NCBI GenBank assembly: GCA_000320545.1
Contig: ADNK01003488.1
Span: forward strand, 1 to 64,000
Reading direction: 5' to 3'
Length of the DNA stretch: 64,000 bases
DNA from: Bigelowiella natans CCMP2755
Taxonomy: Eukaryota > Protista > Cercozoa
Position numbers and translations under genes: made by a program. Positions 12,700 through 25,475 of the stretch are shown here, piece by piece. The notes below the pieces were generated by a model. The model had not been told where the DNA came from. It ran no database searches and saw only the letters and a program-made list of their open reading frames with translations. Numbering within the stretch: the stretch's first letter is position 1; every line of letters starts with the position of its first letter.

Positions 12700-15600
12700 A
12701 TGTCTGCTGAAGACTTGGCGCTTGAACTCGAGAACAAAGTGGGGGAGTTCGAGGGTGGCCGCTCATACAAGCAAAAGAGAGTAAACTTTAGTTTAAACAA
12801 TTTAATATTTTTTCTTGACTACTCGTATGCGCAGGAAGCACTTAAAGATCTCGTAGCTTTTCTCGGACAAAATAAAAAGGCTCGTGAAATTGTAAGGAAC
12901 AACGAGGAGGATCAATTTACTTGGAATTATGGAATCAGCCTAGGGATCCAGCTACTGGAAGGTGCTTTAAAAAGCAAAAGCAAGGCGGATTCAAATACAC
13001 GGACAGAATCCTGGGATGCATTCTGTAAGCTCCTCGAGATTGCTGAACTGGAAGGCTCCTTTATGAGTTCTAACATGCTTACCAATATAAACGGGCTTGT
13101 ATCGAGGGTACTCAAAGATTCACATAACAGAAATCCGTTGGGTCAGTACGTGGGAAAGATTGTCAAAATCTTGCTGTTATCTGATAAGTACAACAAAACG
13201 AAGGAAGTTCTAAATTTGTACGAAAGCTACTTTGACATTTTCTCACGCCCTCTGATAACTATGGTGAAGAAATCGTCGAAAACATTAAAGGGAACAGTAT
13301 CTGGATCAGATGGAAAATTCATGCAAAACGCGCCCAATTACTGTGCAGATATATTACTGCTAATTATGAATTCAGACCCTCGTAACAGGATGCAATTTCT
13401 CGAGGAAAAAGTATTTCCATTTTACAGAGAGTATCTACAAGCGGGGCCTGGTCACACATCAACCACACAACGCCTTTTCCAAGGGCTTAACTCTGTCCTT
13501 CGAAAGCACGTAATGACAGCTGTGGGACCCTTCCGAATCTTTGCAGACTATATGATGCAATACTGCATTAAGTCATGGGGTAGCAGACGTCAGTCTACAG
13601 TTGTACGGGGAGAGATAATTAAATTTCTCAAGATAACTGTTAGAGTTAATTCGATTCTTCCTGCGGAGGACCAGTTGCAATCATTCTCTTCGAAATCAAT
13701 TATTCAGACTCTTGTGGGAATTTTTTATGCGGAAATTGTCTCTGCAAAGGACGGGGTATACATTGATGCTAAAATTGAGAGCAATCTAACGAACAGAGAA
13801 GGTTTCTATGGGGCAACCTTAAATGAAGCAACATACAATTTTCTCTATATTGCTACATACATAATTTCCATAGCGCGAGAGAATGTATTCGATCAACCTT
13901 ACAATGATGATGAGCTTGACGATGAGAACAAGAAATACAGCGACTTCGATGGATATAATAAGTCAACCCGAAACCCTATCCGCTCGTTTTGTGTGGGTGT
14001 GATGAAGCAGGATACTGAGGTGGTACTTCAATTTTTATGTGTTTTAATGGCTCAATTTCCATCTACATTCAAGAGAATGTTTGGCTCACGAGACAAAAGC
14101 ACTACTAAAGCTTCCTTCACACAACTTCTGGAAAAACTACTAAGGGTTTTGCAAAAAGGAGCAAATTCAGTCAAACTTTGGGGCCTTATATGTTTGTGTT
14201 ACTTCACAGACGTTGTAAGCAACAAGACAAAGCAGTGGCAAATTGTGTGGAGAATTAGCAAAAGGATCCTCTCATACGGTAATCGTGACTGCAGGAGAAT
14301 GGCTCTCTATTTACTCAAAAAGATTATTCAAAAGGGATTGGTATGCAAAAAAATGGTTATAGACGACTGTTCGTCCCTTATCAGGGAGAATTCTCTACTT
14401 GAATACGAAAGTGTGATACTTCAGGATTCCATCTCATTTGACACGAAACCGACGAAACGGAAAAGAAGAAAAGTGCGATTGTCCACGATGACGTCTTCTT
14501 CTAACTCTGGAGAAATAAAAAGCAACTATGTAAGAGGGGCAAGGAGAAAGCCGATGAGAAGAAATATAATGGTGAATCAAGAAGAACAACAAGAAGAAAA
14601 GACTGTATCAGCAATTGATGCAGTTGCTGCTCAATTCTATATGGTGGTTATGTCAAAAATCCCCATATATTATGAGGTGAAAACTCTTTCCATCATCGAC
14701 AAATGCATCGCAAAGATACCAAATAGTGTAGGACCATCAACAATTTTCTCCTGGTCAAGCATTGTATGTCGTCTATTGTTCTCTATTACCCACTTGGAAA
14801 ATGAGGATGACGCTGAACTAAGACGCAAGGGTAAAGATTATGATGCCACATATGCTGACGAAAATATTGGAATAAATTTGGTGAAAGGACATTACTTACG
14901 TGGGCTTAGAGAACAATTACGTTGTGATTTTGATTCATCATCAACCTACCCGAGTAGTACACCAATGTTGCAGTTTGCTAAACTAGTAGACTGCTGCAAA
15001 GATCTGAGGCGACAGCAGCATCAGCAGCAGCAGCACGTATTGAAATGTTCTTCGTTGTTATCCTTCTCGTCGCCATCTTCATCTTCTTCTCACATACCAC
15101 TTGTACCCACAATGGTTGCCGAAAGCTTACAGAACAGGATGTTAAGTGCGTTGCAATCTGCCGTTAACAATGCCACGACGCAGACGCAAAGTTGGACGAA
15201 TGACAGAAATAAGGACTATTCACGACGAAAAGATATTATCCCCGTCCTCCAGGAGCTTTCACTAAACATATTGCACTGGCTTCACATCATCGCGAAGTCT
15301 TTGAAATATAGGCATAAATTTCAGCGAGTAGATGAGAGTACTGATTGCCTCCTGGGTACATTTGAAAGCCTCCTTCGAGCATTATCAAACACAATTCATA
15401 TGTTACTTCAATTGAAATCCTTTCCTCCCGTAGGATTTACTATTTTCCTTGAAGAGCTGCTTATCAAATACCACTCCGTATTTTCTTATTCACTGCGTGG
15501 CATGGGCAGCAGTCTAGAATCGGATACTGTGGCGGTGGCAACCAAAAGAATAGGCAAAGCCTTTTTGCAAACTATGAAGTTTACCATTAAACTGTTCGAA

Positions 15601-17664
15601 GAGAGCATACGAAACGCTAAGAAAACCAATATAGGGCGAGCGTCGAAGTTCGAGGACGAGTTTAAGGTGGATTTTGAAGAAGATGGGGTAGCTGATAAAT
15701 TCATGGACGATTTTGCTCAAGACGATATTGGAACATACCATGAACGCTGGGAAAGGACCAAGGGATATCTAAACCTCCTTTGTCTATTTTCGAAAGATTT
15801 CCGAGTAAGACTTCCTAGTACAGATAGCGATCAGAAACGTCTAGATGATATTATGGAACGTAGCGAGATTGAGTTGCGTCAGCATGGCATGTTCTTCAAG
15901 ATGGAATTGCTGATTTTGCTAAATGAGGATCGAAATAAACATGCAACTCAATTGTGTAAGATATTAGAGGATGTAGAGATGGATATTCAGGAGAACCAGT
16001 TTGATCTCATTCAGATATTACAGTTCTTCCTCGACGTATTCAAATCTGTGATTTCTGGATCACTAAAATTGGAGGAAAAGAAGGATCTGGAATCTCGAAG
16101 AGGCATTTCTCAAGTGAAGGCTCGATGCAAGGCTGTTTTCGATGAGATTACGAAACTTTGGAATCACGATGAAATTACGATCTCACCGGAAGAAAAACTG
16201 CTGATATTGCGCTGTATCATACCCGGGATTCGAAGCGGCCTTCTTAACATCCAACATATGTTATTATCCTCCACAAAGGACGAAAACTACTCCATTCGAC
16301 TGTTCTGTTCTCGTGAGTGTGCGAAGTTGCTGACCTTATTCAAGAATGGGCGTAAGATATTCGACACCTTCCGCAAACAGGTCTTATGATCACACTCAAT
16401 TCACATTTGAAGTAAATTTAACGGTTTTTTTTTTCATTCTTCTACTTAAATAGATCAGAGGACAACTAGAGAATCTGGCGCTTCCACGAGACGAATCTTT
16501 TGCGCGTAGTCTAATGGCTACTTTGTGTCAGTTTGCACTGAGAATTCCTTCGGTTCGTTCCCTTGTTCTATTAGATTTGTGCTACTTCGCAGGAACACAG
16601 CCGCAGTTATATCCTGTTTGTCAGCTAGCATATGTGCAACTGTGCAAGGCAGTCCATCATATGGAAGATACTTGTATTTCAGAAAATAATAAGCAAAGTC
16701 ACAATCAAGATAAATTAAGTAGTAGCAGTGATCACGATGAAAGATACAGGAACGTCACAGCGTCGTCTTTGCTAAGAGTTCACATGGAATACGTAATCAC
16801 CGAGTGGTTTGCGTTGGGCTGCACGTTTCGGGATTTTCCATTCCAACTTCTCGGTATCACGACTCTTCCAACATGATCGTTTAACTTTTTGCCAACAAAG
16901 AAACTGACTTAGTTTTCGTCCACAGATTCGTATTCCGGAAAGGCTACCTCCTATTCATTCACGCAGAAACATCAACGACCGTCAGAGTCAATTGCGCATC
17001 ACTTAAATAATTTTGAGAAGCAATTATCATGTGCAGCCGTGCTTTCATACAAATCTCATCATGGGGTCCTAGTGGAAATTGCTAGCATTTTGAATACATC
17101 CGTTGCAAAAATTCTTCGTAGGCATTTTGCAGGAATATTTGCTAGGGTACATTCAATGTATTTTCCTCGGGATGAACTAGACGAGGAAAAGAATAATTCT
17201 TTGTACGACAGAGCAAAAGCAACGATGGAATATTTCAAGCGCCAGATTGGTGAGGATGTATACAATAGAATGTACCGGAAGCAAGATGATTTGATTATGT
17301 CAATCATGGAACTCGTCACGGTTGAGGGAACAAGGACATTACCTCAGTGTAGAATTGAGGATTTACTGGACATGTTAACAAACATAGCTGAGAACATGCA
17401 ACCGGCTATACCACTAGCCAAACTTTTATGCCGAAAAGAATCTGATCGCATTCAAATGGTATTTCACCGGTTTCAATTATGGTTTGATTCACCATCATTT
17501 AATAATCGGCAAAAATGGAGCCTGTACCAACTTCTTCGCAAAATTTTGCTTGAAGTTCTGGATGAAGAAATACAGAAGCCAGCGATTTTACGCCCTGCTT
17601 TGCACTTGGTATTGTGGCTAATTCCTAGATTTGATGAGTATGCTGAACAGTCGAGAAGTAATGT

Positions 17665-17696
<32 letters not shown>

Positions 17697-20600
17697 AGGC
17701 CAATGGTGGTTTGGGTGGGAAAACCTCCGGTGGTACCGTCTACTCCACCCTTCAATTGCTACGAGATTTCTGTGGCAAAGTGATGAAACTCAACCCACAG
17801 TCTCTCTCCAAGCACTTACAGGATATTGTCACGGCCCTTGTACTGTATTATAGAAGAGCAGAGGCTACCTTTCATGATGGTAGGTTAATGATTGAAAAGG
17901 TGAAGAGAAGGGGAGGCATTCTAGAAGATTTTGATGGAAATGGAAAGGTCCGACAACGTGATAGAGAACTGTTCCAAGGTAGGACCAAAGGCATTGCATC
18001 GCTTTTAGATCTTATAATTGGAAAAGCGTATAAAGAGCATCCTCGATTCTTTGTGGAACCTATCCGCTCTCTTACGCCAATGCCCAAGATTCCATTGTTT
18101 GCATTTGCCAATAGGGTATGCAATCACTTATGCAAGAAGGACAATCTCAGTCAAAAAATAAAAAGATTTATTGCCAACGTATCGAGATCTCATTCCTGGT
18201 TTTCAAGTTCTCATCACGTTCCTGGAGCCTCCCATTTGCTAGATCTTCTGAGGATGAGTAGACAAGAAATGCTGGTGATGATGGAAAGTAGGAATGAAGC
18301 TGAGGTGATCGCTGAGTTGCAGCAAGTGCTTGTTGGTTTGTGCGCTGAAGAGAATGGTTCCTGCGAGGAAGTTAGGCAGCTTGCAGGTTTGTGTTTAGGA
18401 GAAATTGGAATACTATTGCATGGAGGGGAAACCGCTTCCGCACGAAGAAATGCAAATATCGTCGAAAGTGATGATGGCGACCAAGAATCTGATCAAAGTG
18501 AAAGTTTATTGGAAACATCACATCTCAGAATCGTCCTTTGGCTACATCAATTTCTTAGAGATTCAGATGCAAAGATTGTATTGATAGCTGCAGAAACATT
18601 GCGAGAGATCTTGTCCGAAGATGAAGACACGCTAGCGTGGAGTCAATTGCCTTCTTCCGTGCGAAACAATCTGAATCCATATCGATCGAAAGCGCTGAGG
18701 CGAAAAGAGGCAAAAAGTAGGAGGGGCAACAAGTCGACGGATGTTGCGGCATCGTCGTTGTCATGCCTCCAGCAGACAACCGCTGCTCTGGGTCGAAATG
18801 TAACAGGTCGTTCGTTATTTTCTATTCTCAGTTACTACCACTATCATCGTTTTGATAATTTTATCACACCACTATTTTCAATATCATCATCACCATCTAT
18901 AACTTGTTCACTCCTATCTGTACTCCTCCTCCAGGACATGAAGTAGAAGACTTGTTGTGGGATCCGAGAGGGAAATCGTCAGCAAAATGGGTCACGAATA
19001 TCACCGCTGCCTTGGCTACTAGAGCCCGGGATCCTATCTACAGATATACTTCACGAATGTGTCTCGCAAAACCAGAATTTGCATCTTTCATGCTCCCACG
19101 GCTTGTGTTTGATGTGATGTGTTCATCTCATGAGATGATGCACCAACAATCCCACCACTGCATACCCGCAGACGCTGATAATAAAGGTGTTATCTCTGGG
19201 AAGGATAATGATTCAGAGTTTTCCGACTCATTTTGTTGTACAAATCAAATAAATGTTCAACTCCAACGTTTCGTGAATGGACGCAATAATGATGGATCAG
19301 GGGATCAAATTGATGAAGCAGTTATGGATGACATTTTCCGAGTCTTGCATTACGTCCGCAAAAAGCATATTAATATTATGAAAGAAACACACCTATCTCG
19401 GCGCAAAGAATCGAAAGCATTAAGGGAAATTTTAGGGAAACACGAGGACAAGCTAGATAAATTAGTAGCTGTGGAAGCTGCTTGTTATCTTCAGATGCAT
19501 TTCTCTGCATTAATATTTCTAGAGGCTTTTTACAAGGAACAACACGTAAGTGATCAACCAACAGGAGAAATGAAGCAAGCAATCGATTTTATGGGGCATT
19601 CGAGTTCCAACAGCTTCTTAGAAATTCTCAAAAAAAATGTCGGTGATAGCTGCCCAACGGGGGTTCCATCAATTTCTCGGAAGCAAACCATGAAAGAGTC
19701 CTCAAAGAATGTGGCCAGAGTTGAAGTTAGTAGTAGAGAGGGGGGGATTTGCAGGCGATTTCTCACGAAAATATTTCGAGCTAGCGACGATCCTGATGCA
19801 ATATATGGAGTTCCAGCCGTATCTTCAGATATTGAAACTGAGCTCTTACTAACGGAACATGAGGAAAAATGGCCGAAGGTGCTACAGATATATGATGGAA
19901 TGTGTCAAGAGCAAGAAGAACAGCAACGTACCTCAGAGTATGATGGAAAGGTTAATAAATTCCAGCATTCTTCGCCTCCCTCACAGGCCTCTTCATGCTC
20001 TGAGATAAGATCGCCATCAAAAGTTATATCCATTTCTGGAAAAAAACGCACAAGATCATCGTCAACCGGAAACGAAACGGGAATTCATATGTCTTCGCAA
20101 AGAGGCTCCATAGCCAATTCCGATCAAGCAGCAGTCGCCGAGAAGGGTGGTTTACTGTCGATGTCATCGCCTTCTTTGGATGGAATTAGTTCGAGTACAG
20201 ATGTGAAGCCATTCAGGTACCAAATGCAGTTACAAAGAGGATTGACAGATAGCCTTCACCGTATGGGTTATTGCTACTTGTTACAAAGATATATGGAGCA
20301 TATTTCCAAGACAAACACGTCTATTTACGAGGAGCTTGCTGATAGTCATTATGAAGTTGCATGGAAGAGTAGTAATTGGTCATTAGAGCAGTCTAACGGA
20401 TCCAGCAGCACTGTCTTGCCACCAAGTACCTTCCATGTTTCTTTATACAGAGCTCTTGTTGGATTGAAAGATTCAAATTTAAGATTAGTAGATTCAAATA
20501 TTATGTTAGCTCGCTCAGAGATACTTGGGACGATATCACGTATAGGGAAAAGAGCGGAAAGTTTTGCTATTGTAATGCCATCGATTGTTCAGCTCCAACT

Positions 20601-22219
20601 TCTCCATGATATTCAAGAGTCTAGGGACCTTATCTTCATCAAACAACGACAGGAGGAACAAAAATATCACTTTTCAAAGGGAGACTCTGCGTCAACTCAG
20701 GACTTAGAGGCCCTTTATCATCATTCATTCAGGACAAATAACAACAATAGCAGTTTTTTGTCCTCCTCCTCCTCCTCCTCCTCCTCCTCGAATTCATTGG
20801 TAGATTTCCAGGAAATGTACTCTAAGAGAATAAGGCGATATCATGGTAAGTTCCAGCTAATAGAACCTGTATTGAATCTAAGAAGCGTGCTCTTGGAAAT
20901 TGCTGGAAATCACAACCTGCTAGGGAACCATCTACATGAGGCTTCTAAGCTAGCACGAGAAGCACGTGTTCCGCATACTTGTCAAACTTTTCTTCAAAGG
21001 GCTACCCGACACCCAGAATTGAACTTTATTCATCGCATGAAAATTTTGCTCGAAGAAGCTCACTTACTCTGGGATGCAAAAGATGAGCAACGAGCTATTA
21101 GCCACGCAATGCATCTTGTGAGAAAACTTCGAAGTTGTAATCAAGAAGTCTTTAGAGATATTTCTCCTCGAGAGATTGTTAGGTATCAAGTGGATCTGCA
21201 TTGTCTTCTTGGGGAATGGCTATCTGAAACATTGAGCGAGGGCACTGAAACTATCAATCGTATTCTAGACAGCGCTAAGCAGCCTGTACTCACTACTACC
21301 ACAGCAGCAGCAGCAGCATTGGTTAAAAGACATAGTAAGAAGATGAGAACGTCAAAGCATCATGACAACAAGAATGGAATGGATGAAGATACCACTATAA
21401 CTCGAACAAGTCCAACTGGAAAAGAACTGCATAAGGTCAATTACCAGATGGGAAAATTTCATGATCGCATGCATCAACGATTGATTGCTCAAAAGAAATC
21501 CGTGGAATATCAAAGAAGTCACAAACTTATGAGAGAGAACATGACAAAGTTTAAGACTTTGCAAGATGGACTGAAGCAGCAGGATGAAGCTAAAAAAGGT
21601 GGTAGTGGTGGTAGTAGACGAAAGCATCTCGTCTATACCAAAGCTGAACTCCGTTCCCATATGAATATACTGCAAAAGAATATTGATATGGACAGGAAGA
21701 AGCATGAGGCTTTGGAAGAAAACATTCAAATATCTCTCGTAAAAGCGATTAGATGTTATGGACAATGTTTAGTTCAGGGAGACGAGTATGATCGTTCAGT
21801 TTTATACCGACTGATATCTCTTTGGTTTTCTAATTCAAATAACGAGCAAGTATCCCGTCAGATGGGGTATGCAATTCGAAACATCCCTATTTACAAGTTT
21901 ATGCCTCTTGTTTATCAAATCGCTTCCCGACTGAAAGTATGGAATGGTGCTCCTAATCATCAACAATCACCTGCTTCTTCCTCTAAAGCCGTACAGTCCA
22001 GCAGCGAAATGCTATTTAGGAGCACAGTGTATACTTTGGTGAAAAAGATGGCTATCAAATATCCCTTTCACACATTGTACCAAATCTTTGCACTGGAAAA
22101 TGGTGACAAACTCCACAAGCAATCTCGCCTTTCTAAAGGCTTCCAAATTGATGTTGAGCGGAAAAATGCTGCCAAAATCATGCTCACGGAGCTTAAGGTA
22201 GTAAGAAATCTTGCAGTAG

Positions 22220-22250
<31 letters not shown>

Positions 22251-23999
22251 TATTAATTTATTGATGCTACTTTCAGTGCGTGCAGACCATTATCATCATC
22301 AACTCATCATCATCATCATCACCATCATCATCATCATTATCATCACTTCCAATGGTTTTCATTCAAAAACACACCAGCAGAGTTCAACGGCACAATCGAA
22401 GACCGTGAATGCTATTGGGCACCTCATAGAGGCATTTATCGATCTCTCAAACAAGCGTTTTCCACAGTCTAATGAAAGACGAAGAAAAGTTTTAGGTGAT
22501 AATAACTATACTACGCTATTGGTGGTAAATAAAGACTACTAGTAGTAGTAGTAGTAGTTGTAGTAGTAGTAGTAGTAGTAGTAGTAGCAGTACCATAATT
22601 TTCCTTAATGTCGAGGATTATTTTCCTGAACGATATTATTATTTTCCTTCGTCTCTCATTGTACCCTAGTAATCTCCAATAATCTCTTTTTTTTGTTTTT
22701 ACTCTGTCGCTCAATCACTCCAATATTTTTCGTCCTGTCCTGTCAGCCCTGCGGTCTATACCACTGAGTAAGCTGAGCAACGAAATGCTTGAACTATTGC
22801 CAGTGCCTACCTCGACGTTAGAGGTCCGCCCTGATGGGGATTACTCACAAGCTCCAAAAATTAGCCATTTTGGCAAAACGGTTAAATTTGCAAATACAGG
22901 CATCTCGCGTCCTATGATTATTGAGTGTACCAACACGGACGGCCAAAGTTCTCGGTTACTCGCCAAGCCGAAAGATGATCTTCGTCAAGATGCGGTCATG
23001 GAGCAAGTATTTCGTCTTGTTAATGACCTTCTCTACGAGAATGTACACACACGCCGACGAAGACTTCGCATGCGAACGTACAACGTGGTTCCATTCACAC
23101 CGTGTGTTGGATTGGTGGAATGGGTTGAAAATACCACCTCTATAGGAGATTACCTCACAAAACCACAGACTGGAGCGCATATTCGGTACGCACGACCAGA
23201 TCAAAAATGGGTGAATGCCCATGATATCCAGAAATACCTCCTTTACGATGGATCAAACGGGAGAAACAAAAAAGGAAGTGGTACTGGGAAGAAAAAAAAG
23301 AGTCTATTCGAGAAATATCGAGAAATATCGAGGGACTTTCAACCGGTATTTCGCCATTTCTTTCACGAAAATTTTAGTGATCCTTGTGCGTGGTTCCATC
23401 GAAGAACCGAGTACACCCGAAGTGTGGCTGTGAGCTCAATTGTTGGTTATGTAGTAGGCCTTGGAGATCGACACTGTCAAAATATTCTAATTGATAAGCA
23501 TAGTGCTGAATTTGTCCAAATCGATCTTGGAGTTGCGTTTGATCAAGGCCGTATACTAAAAACGCCTGAAATTGTACCGTTCAGACTTACAAGAGACATT
23601 GTAGATGGTATGGGAATCACAGGTGTTGAGGGAATTTTTCGCCGTTGTTGTGAAGAAACCATGAGGGTACTTCGAAGCCGAAAAGAGATGTTGCTCACTG
23701 TGCTTGAGGTTTTTGTCCATGACCCACTGTATAGATGGGCATTATCACCCGAAAAACTAGATAGATTACGCCCTAAGGATTACATATCACGACTGCCATC
23801 CGCAGGGGTTGAATCCAAAGAAGAGCGTGCGAAAAATAGTGATGCCGAAAGGGCATTATTCGGTATAAAGCAGAAACTGCAAGGAACTGAATTTGAAAGA
23901 ACTTTAAGTGTTGAAGGCCAAATAAAGACTCTTATAAACGAGGCCACCGACCCCAAAAATCTGTCGAAGATGTTCGTTGGATGGGCTGCGTGGGTTTAA
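12700..23999 (+). CDS. ATM: Serine/threonine-protein kinase ATM (PIKK family; FAT, kinase and FATC domains)
   Basis: Last exon has KDDLRQDAVMEQVF, YTRSVAVSSIVGYVVGLGDRHCQNILID, PEIVPFRLTRDIVDGMG and the FATC end LSVEGQIKTLINEATDPKNLSKMFVGWAAWV. FAT motifs DPDAIYG and YRLISLWF are in the 18904 ORF. The long ORFs join through GT-AG introns at about 12781-12834, 16381-16453, 16855-16925, 18807-18935, 22198-22377 and 22496-22746. Confidence 0.97.
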
Positions 24000-24099
24000 A
24001 TGATGAATGAGGATTAAGTGGATAAATGTCTGTCTGCTGTGAAAAGATTCAAGTTAATTTTTATTATGACGATCACTTCGTTGCCACGTACATCAAACA

Positions 24100-25120
24100 G
24101 AACGTAATGCATGCATCTGCACAATCAGGATCTGCGCATGAACAATCTTACATCATAAGCCGTGTGATGCGAATGGTGAGTCGCCTGTTCATTGTGCTAG
24201 TATGCTCTGCTCGACTTTCTCTTGTTGCATCTACGCCACATGCTAGCTAGGATCTGTAATCTGGCAACATCTAGAGGTGACACCGTGTCATACATCTATC
24301 TAGACGACATGCGCCTACTCCAACCATAGCTAGGCGATTACAAGACAATGTTCTAAGCTAATAACTGCATCAGATGATAATTTGCTTGTACCGCACGGCC
24401 ATGATACGTCGGACACACAGAAGTAGTATGCTCTGATGTGTCAAACATGCTGTGATTCACGAACAACATCGCACGGGCATGAGCTCCAGACAAAAAAATG
24501 CCAAGGACCGCTAGACCGTCGCCTCCGCGAAACGCATGATACTGCATCACGTTTGCCTAGTTGCCAAAGTGACCCATCTGTGTCAGCTGTTTGATGTGAC
24601 TTATGCTGAGTGACGGAGCTATCTACTAGCTATGCAATGACGACGGCGTCACGAGCGAGCGCGAGATAGCACGAATAGACGCAATTCTTGATGCTTTACA
24701 GCCGCTTCCTTGTTTTCCCAGTGCGTGCGCTACACCATTAGCGACTTCAAGACTAAAACATTGATGTGCAAATAATGAACATGTCTTCCACCACATAACA
24801 AACATGTTCATTGTGCACACATTGCGATCTAGCAATAATGGCGTGATCACAATCATTCACATGCGCCACACATGCATGCATGCGCCAGCATTGGCGGAGT
24901 AAGCATGCTACTTGCTTGATCTAAATATGTGCGCGCGCATGCACGTGCACACATAGCTCGCATCGCATTGGATGTATTGCTATGTGTGTGTGCGCATAGA
25001 TCATGATCATTTGTTGACAAAATGCGACACACATGACGACGGCGTCACGAGCGAGCGCGAGATGGCGCGAATAGACGCAATTCTTGATGCTTTACAGCCG
25101 CTTCCTTGTTTTCCCATAGT
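24100..25120. other. Partially TA-erased intergenic island 2
   Basis: Excess of TG/CA/CG alternations and CTAG, with residual TA. Lies between convergent ATM and NPHP1-like genes. Confidence 0.65.
24637..25116 (+). repeat. 84-bp direct repeat (24637-24720 and 25033-25116), 2 mismatches
   Basis: atgacgacggcgtcacgagc...ccttgttttccca occurs twice. The copies differ at A24668/G25064 and A24671/G25067. Confidence 0.95.
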
Positions 25121-25475
25121 AGACATAGCAACATGATATAGCAGCGGCTACAGTAGTCGCCACAGCCGGGCTCATTACGCGAGAGAATGTGCACTGGGTA
25201 CCAGCACCTCCCCCCCATACCCTTGCCATACAGCGGCAATCGGCGGACACCACCTTCTTAGTGCGAATACGCGCAGGAGCGGCAGGAATAGTGATACTCT
25301 ATAATTTCCATGGATATACGCATGCTCATATCAAAATGTGCATTCGAATAGAAGTCGATATTAATGCCACTACGAGAGGTGATATACTGCGTAATACTAT
25401 TGTGAAACCTATTTTCGCATTTATGTCTGTACCGCAAAGTCATTGAATGAACCAGCTATTTCGGAAAAAACGAAA

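Noticed and set aside
12700-23999. Treating the 12700, 16514, 17039, 18904 and 22785 ORFs as separate genes or a frameshifted pseudogene
   Set aside because: Canonical GT-AG introns join them in frame into one ATM gene.
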